NCBI RefSeq assembly: GCF_009914755.1
Contig: NC_060927.1
From: the human T2T-CHM13v2.0 reference genome, Homo sapiens
Strand: one strand, 5' to 3'
Length of the DNA: 64,000 bases
Below are positions 43,331-56,414 of this stretch, piece after piece (within the stretch, counting starts at the first letter, position 1; each line of letters opens with the position of its first letter). The notes below the pieces were generated by a model. It searched no databases. It was not told the origin of the DNA and saw only the letters and a program-made list of their open reading frames with translations. A program made the translations under genes and the position numbers.

Positions 43331-46300
43331 TGTCATGTCTGGTGAGGCTTTCTAGTTGGTTCTACCCTTCAGTGATTCATCTGACATTTTTCAAACTGTG
43401 CTACAGAAACAAAGAGAATAACAGAGAGGAAGAAACTGATGAGATAAACTATTTCAGTTAGAGATTTGGAGGGGTCTAAGTAAAGGTTTTATTCTTATGG
43501 TGTATAGAAGAAACTTTGGCTATCTGTTGTTATTGTTCCCTGATTATAGCTTTCTGAGCTATAGGAGAACACTGTATTGATGTTGCCAGAAGACATTTCA
43601 AGGAGAAGATAAAGAAAGAAATTATTTGACTAGAGCTAATAAATATGTATGGTTTCCTGTGTTGTTTTGTTTTTTTAAGAGAGATTAAGAAATGGAGAGG
43701 TTTTTCTCTCCATACCAGACAGAGATACAGAGATGGAGCTTTGCAATCTAACGCAGATCTATTTTGTCCACTAATGCAGAAATAACATCATGTGCATTAA
43801 GAAAGCTCTGGATCTGTTTAAATCAATTAAAGTAAAGTTAATGTATTTTAATATCTGAGCTCTTCCCTTATCGATATAACTCTGCCATGTTTTCTTCTCA
43901 GAGCCCAAGGTGATGAAAAATAGACTCATTTACTCTATTACATCTTATAACTGTGGCTTCAAGATTTTTTTTTCTTTAGATGTGAAGCCACAAGGAGATT
44001 TTATGTGACTCTAAAACTGCTGTTGGTTTTCATACCACAGTACTCAAGGGCATTTCTTACCTTCAGGCTGCTATTGTTTCCAATCTGGAGATAAACGCAC
44101 ACTTGATAAAACTATTTTAATGATGCTAATATTAATACTTTGGTAGAATACTTTATCTGCTAGTAATAGCTTTAAAGAGTTTGTTGAGATTTTGTCATCT
44201 CATACATTTTAATAGAATATTAGGTTTGTAATTAACAAGAAAAATACAGTAGCTCCACTTCTCACTTCCTCCATATTCACGTAATGATTACCAGTGGAAT
44301 ATCTGCTGTTCTGTACCCTTAGTAGACCAATCAATATTTTGGTGAATGGAGAAGTCTGAAGCACAGAATTGTAGTGTAAACAAATGAGAAACATTAAAAG
44401 TATGCTAAATATTATAGCCAGTTGATTATGTAAATTTAAACAGTGTAGGGGAAAGGAATTGCTTATTAAATTAGTCTGTTTTCAGTTCACTCTGGCATTG
44501 TTTATTATACGCCGTAGCCAGATATTTCATAAATAGACTGCTTTTACAACCTGGAGGTTTTGGGAATACCAGCTGATTAATGAAGTGGTATATGTGCTTG
44601 GAGGCCATGGTGGAGAGAACTTGTCTTACGATCATTTCCATTTTACAGCTCAGGCCTTCTGTGGGGTACAGACAATGGAGAGAGAGAGAGAATAAGATGA
44701 GAACTCTGATGAGCAGTTCATTCCAATATGAGCACCTGTTACATCAATCTGTGAATTGGTTGATTTTTAGCTATGTCCTGTTAGTGATCTTCATAGGAGC
44801 AACAGACTAAGATTTTCTATTAATAATTCAATGAATAAGTTCCACTCACAGTACATTTGATTAGCCAACTGTAAGAGTATCTACAAGTTTGTGACTCAAT
44901 GTTTTGGGACTATCTAAGGAAATCTCAGAGTGACAGAATGAACTGAAAGACATCGTGTAATGATGGATCAGAAACTCATTTGCAATCTAGGAAGGGGAGA
45001 CCAGATCTGCTATAATGGAACCTATTTGAGAACAGATCATGAAAAAAGACTAATTAAAAAAAACGAAGTTGTCATTTTTGTGTCTTGGAAGCCAAGAAGG
45101 GAAAGGCTATTGGGAAAGTCCATCTTCCAGACAAGTGAATCCTAATTTTGAAGACTTCTCAGTCTACCAAAATCTGATGCTCTTAAACCTGTTCATTCCA
45201 TTTTTCTGATTTCCTAGTAACTCTGGTTTTCATTTGGTATTCTACTCCTTTATTTTTTCTCCACTTGGAGGTCATATCAACCTGGTTCCTTCAGCTTTCA
45301 TCCTCTCCTTTTTTTCTGTCTATAAGAACAGAAATTCATTTGCTTTTCCAAAGTCCCACCTCTATGGAGTCCTTGAGGTACTTTGCTCTTTGTTAACATG
45401 GACACTCTCTCCTGCATCTTCTCTCCCTTAGCATAACTCCTTCTCATCTGCCTAAAGCATAGCTCCATTTCCTTCATACCGAAAGAGGGCCTTCTCTTGT
45501 TCCAACTCTACTCTTGTATTACTATCAATAGGATCTATTTCTCCTTACTTACCACTCAAACTCTATAGTATCTACCTGTGTCCTCACAGCTTACTTATAT
45601 ACAAAGCCCATACATTCTGATTTTGGTGACTACCTTTTCACAGAAACTATTATGTTGAAGATCATCAGTGGCATTTTCATGAGTAAATACAGCAGCCTTC
45701 CCTCTGCTTGAATCTCCTTGCATTATTCTGTATCATGTGAGTCTATGGACCACTTCCTAGTCTTGAAATTCTCTCCTTCCTTGACATTAATACTAGTGTG
45801 CCCCTCTTGTTCTTCAATCTCTGTTTGCTGCTTTTATATTTTCTTTGCTTGTCTTTTCAAATGTGCTTTATATGTATATTGCTTCTTACATATTATCCAG
45901 AACCTTAATGGGCTAAATATGTGATAATTGCAATTTTACATACAAAGAGGCAGAGGCTAGGATAATTTAAATAATTTGCTCAAAGGCACATATGTCCTAA
46001 CTGATGGAGCCAAGATTTGATACCAAGATTTGGTCTAACTCCAAAGTCCTATCTGGTACAGTCTTCAGCTAATGACCTCAGAGGACACTGAAATGATTTC
46101 TTCTCAGCCCAAGACAATGAAAAATGACTTACTTCATTGCGTCTTACAACTGTGGCTTCAACAATTTTTTTAAAAAATTTTGTTGTGAAGCTACAAGCAA
46201 CATTACTGGAACTCTCTTTTCTTCCAAGCCAGCCACTTAATCTGCTAACCTATCTGTATCTCCACCCTCATTTTCTGCTTTTGTTTTCTAGTACAGTAGA

Positions 46301-46843
46301 AGACCAACCCTTTTTATTTATGCTCTGTATCTCTATAATGTTGCTTCTTAAGATCTTTCCCTCTTTTTCCTAGATCCATCATTGTTTCCCTGTCTACTGC
46401 ATCAGCTTCCTAAGCATGCAAGTATGTTCTTCTTTCTCCCATTATAAAAGAGGTCCTTTCTTGAGACCTTGTTCCATTGCAGCTTCTGGGCCTATTTCTG
46501 AAAAGTTTCTGTACTCAACTCTATTTTCAGAAGATTCTGTACTCAACTCTATTTCTTCCTTGCATTTACATTTCACATTGACCCCTTTTCTTTTCCTCAA
46601 ATACATCTGGTTCATTCATGCCTTGCAGCCTTTGCACGTGCTGATCCTTTGCTTTGACAGCTTTTCATGTAGTTGAATTCTTTTAAGTTTTAGTTAAAAT
46701 GTGTTCTCATTAGACATGTCTGTCCCAGTCCCCAAATGGTCTCTATCACATTTCCCTGTTTGTTTCTGTCAGAGTTTTTATCATAGTCTAAAAGTATCTT
46801 CTTTACTTAATTAATTTTTGTTCTCTGTCTCCACTTTCTAGAA

Positions 46844-47331
46844 TAACGCTATTTGAGAGAACTCCCTGCAATGTTGAAAATGTTCTTCTGTGCTGTCAAA
46901 TATGATAACTAGGCCGGGCACGGTGGCTCACGCCTGTAATCCCAGCACTTTGGGAGGCTGAGGCAGGTGGATCATGAGGTCAGGAGATTGAGACCATCCT
47001 GGCCAACATGGTGAAACCCCGTCTCTACTAAAATACAAAAAAATTAGCCAGGCATGGGCACCTGTAGTTCCAGCTACTTGGGAGGCTGAGGCAGGGGAAC
47101 CACTTGAACCCAGGAGGCAGAGGTTGCAGTGACATTGCACTCCAGCCTGGCGACAGAGCAAGATTCCGTCTCAAAAAAAAGTACAGATATATATGACAAC
47201 TACTAGCCATGTATGGTTACTGAACATGTGAAATTTAACTAGTCAAAGTGAGGAGCCAAATTTTTAGTTTCAATTAATTTAAAGTGTAAAAAGTCACACG
47301 TGCCTAGCAGCTACCATAATGAACAGAACAG
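46844..47331. mobile_element. MER3 hAT-Charlie MITE split by an Alu
   Basis: gaaaatgttc..tgtgctgtcaaatat | actagccatgtatgg...cacacgtgcctagcagctaccata. Confidence 0.75.
46912..47180 (+). mobile_element. AluSc-like, with two internal deletions
   Basis: gagattgagaccatcctggccaacatgg and cctggcgacag. TSD ATATGATAACTA/ATATGACAACTA. Confidence 0.9.
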
Positions 47332-47559
47332 TGCTCAAATGTATGCTCCATGAGGGATGAGATTTTTGTCTAATTTTTTCACTGCTGTATCCTGTATGCT
47401 CAGTAACATTTGTTTAATGAGCAAATGAATGGGTTATTTCTTGTTGAGAAGAAATTCTGGGAGAAAAGAGGATTGTTGTTAATTGTAGCATACTTTATAA
47501 GTAATACAACTCTCCTTCCAGTAATGTGTTTGTATTTGGACTATATAGAGCTCTTCTGA

Positions 47560-47833
47560 ATTTTTTTTTTTTTTGACAGAGTCTCACTCTGTTGCCCTGG
47601 CTGGAGTGCAGTGGCATGATCTCGGCTCACTGAGGCTTCCACCCCACGGGCCTCCCGAGTAGCTGGTACTACAGGCACGCACTGCCACACCCAGCTAATT
47701 TTTGTATTTTTAGTAGAGATGGGGTTTCACCATATTGGCCAGGATGGTCTTCATCTCCTGACCTCGTGGTGATCCGCCCACCTCAGCCTCCCAAAGTGCT
47801 GGGATTACAGGCATGAGCCACCGCGCCAGGGCC
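47560..47833 (-). mobile_element. AluS with a deletion in the right arm
   Basis: Poly(T) plus antisense dimer. Confidence 0.9.
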
Positions 47834-48509
47834 TGAGATCTTTAATTAGTATTCTAAGAGAGAGATACAATATTGTAAATTAAATTTTTGACCATGTTGA
47901 AAACATGCTTGATTCTTTTGCTGTGTTTTGTTAACCAGTGATACAATTATGCTATCTATGGAGTTATCATACGTAATTAATGAATTAATCAATTTACTTA
48001 ATTCACAGGCAGAAAGAGATTCTGTTTTCTAGTGTTGTCTACTAATTATGCAGTAAATCAAGGTTTTGAAGAGAGAGTTTCAACAATCATTCATTTTTTA
48101 TGAATTAATCTTTCTTTGGCTTTCTTCTCTAGGGGTGAACAAATAATGCAAACATAGACCCAAGGATACATGAAGTCTGAATGCTAAAAGCATGCAGAAG
48201 ATATAGCTGAATATAAAAAATATATGGAATTAATTTTCAAGAGGTGTACTAATGTCACTGGGCACAGACAGGGTCAATCTGTGCCAACAGCAGGCGAGAG
48301 ACCCTGTGGTATAAGGACGGATAAGTATTAAGGACTTGCTTTCTTGGAAAAAGATGCAAAATTAAACATGCAATCAGCAAAAAAGATGAATAAGAATATA
48401 CAAGCAAAAATATAATTAAAAAACAGAATGCATGGTTAAAGTAAATATTTGCCCAGTTTGATATTAATACCTACCTAAGAATAACTGTCATTCTTATTAC
48501 TCCTACTGC

Positions 48510-48740
48510 TGCTGTTGCTAGGCTACCATTTTTGAGGGCCTACTAAGTTCCAAGAACTATACTAAATACTTCACATTGATGGATGTTATTTTCCTCATTT
48601 TGTAGATCAATTCTATATGATTGATGTTAATTCCTTTACTTTGTCGATGATGAAACAAGCTCAGTTTAGACTCATTGCTTGTGAGTAGTGGAGCTGCATT
48701 CTGACCCAAGTAAATTCAACACCAAAGCTCATGCCCTTAA
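48510..48740 (-). mobile_element. MIR SINE
   Basis: cctcattttgtagat...gatgaaacaagctcag. Confidence 0.55.
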
Positions 48741-49028
48741 AAAGAAAAAAGTCTGAAATCTGGTATTCTCTACAGCATTCAAGTATAGACACATGGAAGT
48801 TTCTAGGTATGTGGAATATAATCCAGCTTTGAATATGACATTTTAATAAAGTAGTTTCTCTTTTCTCATCTAATTGTCTGTTAATATTCATGGTGTAGAG
48901 CAAATGGAAAGCAAGTCATATGAATAAATAAAGCAAGTTAGGTGTGAGACAATATGGAGTGGTGGGATCTGTGGCAAAATCAAGAACATATGCCTATCCA
49001 AAGTTATTAAAATTCATTTAAAAATACC

Positions 49029-49461
49029 ATTATGGGTTCAATTGTGTCTCTGCAAAAGAGATATGTTGAAGTCCTGACTCCTGTACCTCAGAAGGTGACC
49101 TTATTTGGAAATAGGTTTGCTGCAAACATAAGTTAAAAATAGGTCATACTGGAATGTGGTAGGCCCCTAATCCAATATGGCAGGTTTACTTATAGGAGAA
49201 GAGACACAGGGACAATGCCATATGCAGACAGAGGATTGGAGCGATGCATCTATGAACTAGGAAATGCCAAATATTGCCAATAAACAACCATAAGCTAGGA
49301 AAAGGCAAGGAAAGATTTCTTACAAGTTTCAGGAGGAGCATGGCCCTACTGACACCCTGATTTTGGACTTCTGGTCTCCAGAACTGTAAGAGAATAAACT
49401 TATTTTATTTTATACCACCCAATTTGTGGTACTTTGTTATGGAAGCCTTAGAAAACTAAAC
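49029..49461 (+). mobile_element. MLT1 (B/C-like) MaLR LTR
   Basis: ttatgggttcaattgtgtc...gtgaccttatttggaaatagg...gaaaactaaaca. Confidence 0.85.
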
Positions 49462-49619
49462 AGATACACTGAAAGGACTATCCATTGTCTAGATGAACAT
49501 ATCAAATATAGTCAATGTGAACCAATTTAAACCCCTGACACAGTGATCTACAGGACTAATGTAGTCATTGAGTATGAATAAATAAAAGCAAACTAAGCCA
49601 TAGTTCTGAATTTTTCTGA

Positions 49620-49870
49620 TTTTATATAACATCTTATAGGGCATTTATGTTCTAGATACTGTCCAATTTAACAATATAACTTGTTAAATAAAGTTATATT
49701 AACTCATACATTCCTCACTCTAACCCTATTTATTGGAAATTAATAGTACCATCTCCATTTTATACAGAGAGAAATTTAGACACATAGAGATCAAGTGACA
49801 CTCTTAGTCACACAGCTAGTAAGTGGCAAAGCTGGGCTCACTCCAGGTAGTCTGGTGCTGGAGTTTATGC
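49620..49870 (-). mobile_element. MIR SINE
   Basis: ccattttatacag...gtcacacagctagtaagtggcaaagctggg. Confidence 0.75.
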
Positions 49871-49982
49871 TTTTGACCACTATGCCATGCCAAGGTACCT
49901 GAGGATGCACCTCATTTATCATCAATGCTCTAACTCCACCTTTAGTTTTAGTGATTTATATGTGAATGATACTTTGCCCACA

Positions 49983-50316
49983 TGCTATGCTTTGAATGTT
50001 TGTGTCTCCCCAAATTCATACATAGAAACTTAATCACCAGTGTGATGGAATTAGGAGGTGGGGACCTTTGGCAAGTGATCCAGTCAGGGAGCCCTCATGG
50101 GATTCGAGCCCTAGGGAGCTGTCCTGCCCCTTCCAGCATATGAGAACACAGCAAGAAGGTGCCATCTTTGAACCAGAAAGCAGGCCTTCACCAGACACCA
50201 AACCTGCTGGTGCTTTAATCTTGAATTTCCTCCCTCCAAAACTGTGAGACATAAATTTCTGTTTTTATAAGCTACCCAGTTTATGGCTTTTGTCATAGCC
50301 CAAATGGACTAAGATA
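49983..50316 (+). mobile_element. MLT1A/MST-like MaLR LTR
   Basis: tgctatgctttgaatgtttgtgtc...aaatggactaagata. Confidence 0.85.
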
Positions 50317-51292
50317 CCCTATTCTTATGAAGTCTTTTACATAGGCTCTGATCACCATAGTCCCTTCAATGATACTCAGTGGCTTTTGATTTACCCCTTT
50401 GAGATGGAAAAAGAGCAGCATCAGTTTGTCTAGTCCCTTTCTGTAATAGTCACAACTTGCTGAATAATCTAAAGAAGGAATTCTAATGGTTTATAGAAAC
50501 ATCTACTCCAACTACATATTGGAAATCTGGGAAAATAACTCTTGAAAATATTCAAGATCATATTAGACATACCACGAGGCAGAATTAAGCGAAACTCTCT
50601 CTAGATGTTACCTTTTTCCAGTACACAGTTGCTTTGATACATTTTTGCAGGTCCCTTCCAGGGACCTGTGTTTATTGCACACAGAAAGCATGAAATAAAC
50701 ACCAATAGTATAGCTGTGGACTTTCTCTTCCCGGGATCCTACTGTTCTTTCATGGCTGGGACTCTGGGGCTATACAGTTCAGGTCTGGGACCTGGTGAAG
50801 GGCTGTGGGTCTGAAGGATGATGACTCAAGTTGGACTTCTATTCACCAGACCCAGAGTGTTTTGTTGGTTTGTTCATTACATAAATGAAGAGAAGACTTA
50901 GGGGTGGTTGCTTATTAATTTTAATCCTTTTGAGTTCACATTTAATTAAGAACACCCAGAACTATCTGCAGGTCGGAATAAGCCTCGAATATTTTGGCTG
51001 CCCCACCAGCCTTGATGCCTATTATGGTTGGCATCTGTTCCCTCTGCCGCTATGAGATCATGCCCACTAGAGTCAGGGAAGTTTCTATTGCAGTCCTTTC
51101 CACGAGTGTTGCCATCTGAGAGAGAAAGGGGCCAACAGAGTTATTTCTACCACCCTCTGCTCAAGGCCTTCCTGAACAAGAGAATCTTCCAGGCCCTCTA
51201 GAAGGGCATAGGTTTGGGGTGAGTGGGCAGGAAGTACCTAACAGAAACAGCCAGCACTGTGGCCTGCCACTCCTTAAATTATTCCCCTACAT

Positions 51293-51479
51293 TTTTGGTT
51301 CTTAAACTTGAACATGCAACAGAATCACCTGGAAGTTTTGTTACAAACACAGTTTGTTGTGCCCTAACCCTAGAGTTTCAGATTCTGCAGGTCTGAGTGG
51401 AGACTGGACTCTTTATTTCTAGACAGTCCCAAAGGAGGCTGATGCTGCTGGTCCAGGAGCCACAGTGTGAGAACCACTG
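51293..51479. mobile_element. MER5A MITE
   Basis: ggttcttaaactt...agaatcacctgga...gagaaccactg. TSD CCCTACAT/TTCTACAT. Confidence 0.8.
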
Positions 51480-52434
51480 TTCTACATTATGCCACAGAAT
51501 TTCTGGCCTGTCTGTTTAATTTACTGAGGAAAGCATTTAATCCATGTTTGTATTAACTGACCTAGAAAGTTTCGGAACCACAGCCAGCTGTCTGAGCTAA
51601 CACATTGAGGGCAGACATTTTCAAGGTACACTCATATCAAAGAATTCAGACCAATCTATGCCGTTTTATCAACTACCTTGAGAGTCCATCTTCACAACGC
51701 ACATATTTTTATAATATACATTAGCAAACTTTTGTAACTCTTTTCTTTGCTCTGACTCCTAATTCCTCACCCCATTCTATGTTGAGATCAGATTCTGGCC
51801 TAGAATAATGGTGGGAGATTTGGGGGAGCTTTTATTAGTTCTCCCATCCTGCACAAAAGTCTCTGCTTCATCAGGCAATGAAGAGAATATCTCATGAGAT
51901 AAGGGAGTATTTCACGGGAATTTTTCAGAGTGTTTTGTTGGGTTCAGGGTATTACAAACACCCTGAACTTTCTCCAGACGTCACCATTCCTGTTGTCACA
52001 GGCTAGATTACCACCTAACTTTCACGTAAAAGAATTTTGTGGCTGTGACTTCAACCATTATTACAATTCAGCAACTTGTGAATCTTACTCTGGGCTTTGA
52101 TTTTTGGTGATTTTAACCTTTTTCTATATGAGGCATGGTCAGGACAGTCTCTGAATTTCATCTGGGGCCTTGATAAAAGAATTTCCCTATTCTGGTTTAC
52201 CATCCTCTCCCCTTAAAGATGGCCAATGCCAACTTCACTCCAGTTTCCTCATGTTGTTCTGTGGGACTGAAACATGTACTCCATGGAGACTTTTGTTTCC
52301 AATGGGTGTATGAGGCTGCGTATCCAGAGGCAATAACTTCCTTGTTTTTCCATTGTGTGTTTTGCCTAATTACCAATTCCAAATACTGCGTATTATCCTG
52401 ACGGTGTTAGCTGCCCCCCTACTCCACCTCCCAG

Positions 52435-52882
52435 TGTTTGTATCAGGGTTCTTTGGTTGCAAATAAAAGGTGCTACGACAAAAAAAATGTGCATGATCTT
52501 ACAAAATGGATATCAGATAACCTTTAGAATTGGAAGAAAAGCTAAATTTCAAGTTTTAGAAAGCCAAACAGCACTGAATGGGTGAGTAGCAAAACTTAAC
52601 AGGCAGTCTCTTTAGGGGTACATGGTCAAAATAAATTACCTTCACCTATTTTCAGCCTGGGGAATTATATTTAACATTCACATTCCAGGAAGAAGGATAC
52701 TAATGTCTTTTCAACCATGTGCCCACCCATTTGCCAGGAGAGGTCAGATCTCTTTGATGAACAGTTTTATCCATATTATATTCAATTGAGGATGAGACAT
52801 TTTCCAAAGCAAAATTAGGATGCTATTTCCAGAAGAAAGGATAAAAGATGCTGAACAAGTAAAAGCAAACCTTGTCCATTCC
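52435..52882 (-). mobile_element. Old MaLR LTR (MLT1K/L/N-like)
   Basis: tcagggttctttggttgcaa...ccagaagaaaggataaaagatgctg...gtccattcca. Confidence 0.55.
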
Positions 52883-54294
52883 AATCATAAAATCCAATTT
52901 AACGTAACACCAAAGTGTTATATTAAATACCTCCCCAGTATATGTGAATGGTGTTTGTAAGTTACCAATGGAATTCCCCATTCACATATACCAGGGAGGG
53001 GTTTTATTTTACTAAAATTTCTGGCTTTGGGAGAGCCTATTTTCTGGACTGTCTTTGTTCTTATTTCAGCTACTGTGAGTACAAAATTATATGCACCTTC
53101 TCAATAAATCACAGCATCTTTCTAAGGATAGCAAAATGTAGAAAGACACAAGTGAGTTTTAATATCCAGGAGTGTAATAGTGTAAATCTCCCTTTAAACG
53201 TAAACCATATGGGTTTACAGAGCAGTTGAAAGTAAGTCTGAAAGGCATTAATAGCCTTGACTAAATAGAAACAGACATCAAGCTAAGTACACAAACAGCT
53301 GGAAAACCAATGGGATGATAGAGATGTACAATAAATACAATCAAAAAGACTCAATCAAATGTAGAACGCAGCATATCAAAGGTAAAACCTTTACCTATTA
53401 TTAATTATGACAGTAATTTCTATCTCATAACATTTCACATAGCAACTGTAACCAAGAACATCTGCATTTTAAACCGAAGGTGCCTCATATGCTAAATAAA
53501 CTGAAGTTGCCTCATATGCTGAAGGAAAGCAGGATATATGCACATCTTCTAGGAGCTAAGCAAATGGTTGTACAACATCCAGGCTTTCTTGCAAACCACC
53601 ATTTACCTTATTTGATGTTGGAAAAATAACATCTTCTGTGTTACGCAATGGTGTACAATTCAAAGTAGAATTTGAACAAGGAAAGGAAAGTAGTATAAGG
53701 GTCCTAAGTTTCCTTTGTTACATATTCTGTGTTTTGTATTTCAATGACTGCCATTAAATATAATAGCCTCTTTTCATAAGTACCATTCAACCAAAGTATA
53801 AACAATCACAAATATCCTTCATCTAGAAATAAATGAACAAAAACAGTTGTACAAGGCCAAGATATCTTTGTAAGTGGGATTTTATTTACAATTATATCTC
53901 TCCTGATTTCTCTCATATCTGTTCAAATTTCTGCTTCCCAGGCTTCCCTTGTATCTATTCACATAAACCTACAGAATCCTCACATCTGCTTTCTATGTCC
54001 TTACCTTATATCTAGCCTGTGGTCCCCATATTCAATGGCTGAGTCCTTGTTCTTGATCTCATTAAAGCGATTATGGAATTAATCACGTGAGAGTTTATAG
54101 TGGTTGAGCTAGTTTTTTCTGACAAACTTTTAGTTGGTGCTTGGTTTGGGTAACAAGTTCATTCCCAGTTTCTTATTACAACTATTGATAAAATCTATTT
54201 GGTAAAGAGGTTTCCTGGACTGAACAACTACTAAACATTTTATGTGGATTATCACAAGCATGCCTTACTCCAATTATATGAGGTGAACACTTAA

Positions 54295-54770
54295 CAATGG
54301 ACATCTGTTGTTTTCATGATTCCCTGTATGAGTCCCACCTTCCCAAGGTGTACACAAACATTCACTTCCCACAGGCTCCCTTGCAGCTAGGGTGGAGATG
54401 TGCCATAATTTCAATGATCTGCTCATGCTTCATTCAGATTTGAACAGCCTGAGGTAAGAGGCTCTGAATGGGTGGGGAAGGACAACCATTTTTCTCTCAT
54501 GGGTGGCAGAAGAAGTGGGTAGCAGTGGTGAATGCAGAAGAATTCCTGTCCAGTTGGATTCGGGATACAGTTGTATTATCTTCCTCATCCATTTAATTCT
54601 TCATGGCTTAGGACATTGTTCATTGTTTCTGAAACTTTAGAATTGAGCCTGTTCTTTCATTACTCCTACAGATTCTATGAGATGCCTAATATCGTTTAAA
54701 ATTTTTGATCTCACCTTAACATAGCCAAAGTAGATTCTGTTGTTTGCAGCTAAGAAATATGACTAATACA
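54295..54770 (+). mobile_element. ERVL-class LTR (LTR40-like)
   Basis: ctcccttgcagctaggg...ttctgttgtttgcagctaagaaatatgactaataca. Confidence 0.6.
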
Positions 54771-54782
54771 GTACTATTAGGA

Positions 54783-55123
54783 CAGTCATAGACATTATTA
54801 CAATGTTTCAGTCAACGATTGACTGCATATACAATGGTGGCCCCTGGTCCTGTAAGATTATATCATACTTGTATTGTACTTTTTCTATGTTTAGATACAC
54901 AAATATATACCACTGTGTTACAATTGCCTACAGTATTCAGTACAGTAACATGCTTTACAGGTTTGTAGTCTAGGAGCAATAGGCCATACCATATAGCCTA
55001 GGTGTGTGGCAGGCTGTACCACCTACATTTGTGTGAGTACACTCTATGCTTTTCGCCAATGACAAAATTGCCTGACAACACATTTCTTAGATGGTATCCC
55101 TGTTGTTAAGTGATGCATGCCTA
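54783..55123. mobile_element. Tigger3a/MER7-like TcMar-Tigger element
   Basis: cagtcat...ttacaattgcctacagtattcagtacagtaacatgc...ttaagtgatgcatg. Confidence 0.85.
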
Positions 55124-56414
55124 TGTTATCCTCCTAAAGAGCAAAATAAATGGAGGTACATTGAAGTTAATTAATTCATCTAATACCTATCATACAAAAA
55201 GTAAATGAAGTGTTGGAGCTAGAATTGAAATGAGTGACTTTTTAATACTTCATATCTTTAACTTCTCTCTCCAGAATAGGCAACATTTTAAATTGTTAGC
55301 AATCACGTATTCCTCAGAATGTATTTGTGCCTGATCTTTTTTAATGACAACTTTTTAGATCATGAGAACATGATATGTTGTGAAAAGAGAAAAGAATTCA
55401 TAAAAAAAAGAAAGTGTTTTCATGGGTCTCAGGAGTTACACTGCAAAAGCCAGAGAAGAAAGGAAAGATTTGAAATAGCCTGGGGAGGGTTAGGAGAAGG
55501 ATAATAAATGTGCACAAGCAATGTTTTTCAGGTTGAACTATTTTTTAGAAACTTCAGTTTGAGGCACATTCATTCAGATCATGTATTTCGCAAAGCGTAG
55601 TCTGAAAATGAGAGAATTCCATGGTAGGTGATATAAAAACTGCCAAATCTGCTGTATCTTCATGAAAGGAATGAAGGTTTATGTCTTACAGTATGTGGGT
55701 TAGGTATATTAGATTTTTGAAATAATGTTTTGTCTAGTTTGTTTCCAGTTTTCTAACAATATTCCTTTTCCCTGTCTGCCATTATAGCTTGTGTCCACTA
55801 GTAGAACACACAGCCCTGTTTTTCAGTATCATGAGGACTCTTTTGGCTGGGGCCATTAGTAAAACCTTTGAATCCCTTCTTGTTTACCTTTCCTACATAT
55901 TGTTTAGAGTTTTATAACTTTTCTCTAGAAGTGTTTTGTTGAATGTCATTTGACTTTGCAGTTAGCTTGCTCTCAAATTCAGTAAAATGAGTTTCAAGAT
56001 GTCCATGTCCTTTTAATAGGCAAATATTCTTGGCTTCTGAGAAAGCTATTTTTGTTTTTGCTCTCAGTCGAATCACTTGGTGTTGAAAACCTTCTATTGC
56101 CCTTCCTTGTTCCTTTATTAATTAGATGCTTAAGTGGGTCTTTCAAAAGCTAAAGTTCCCATTATTATATTTAAATCATGCTTTCATTGTTATTATGTAT
56201 GAATTATCCTTCATTCTTAAACTTCAATTACTTTTTTTTCAATAGAGACTAAGCATTGTATAAAGTACTTGAAAAGAATATGGTCCAAGTTAGTGAAGAT
56301 CATTTTTCTCTTTCTTAAGGTCTTTATAAAGACCATGGGTTCATAAATTTAAATTTTAAATTTTAAATTGATACAATAGCCTAGTAGTTCTGGAATTGAC
56401 TGCTAAGCTATTTT

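Larger units (their letters stand above)
45200..47430 (+). mobile_element. L2 fragments hosting MIR (45860-46050, -), MER3 and Alu
   Basis: Pyrimidine-rich L2-like text. L2 3' terminus ctccatgaggga...aatgagcaaatgaatg resumes after MER3. Confidence 0.6.

Noticed and set aside
43887-43994. snoRNA or SECIS interpretation of the duplicated two-hairpin unit
   Set aside because: GTGATGA (C box) has no matching CTGA and is absent from copy 2. No ANANNA hinge, hairpins too short for H/ACA, and SECIS geometry not met.
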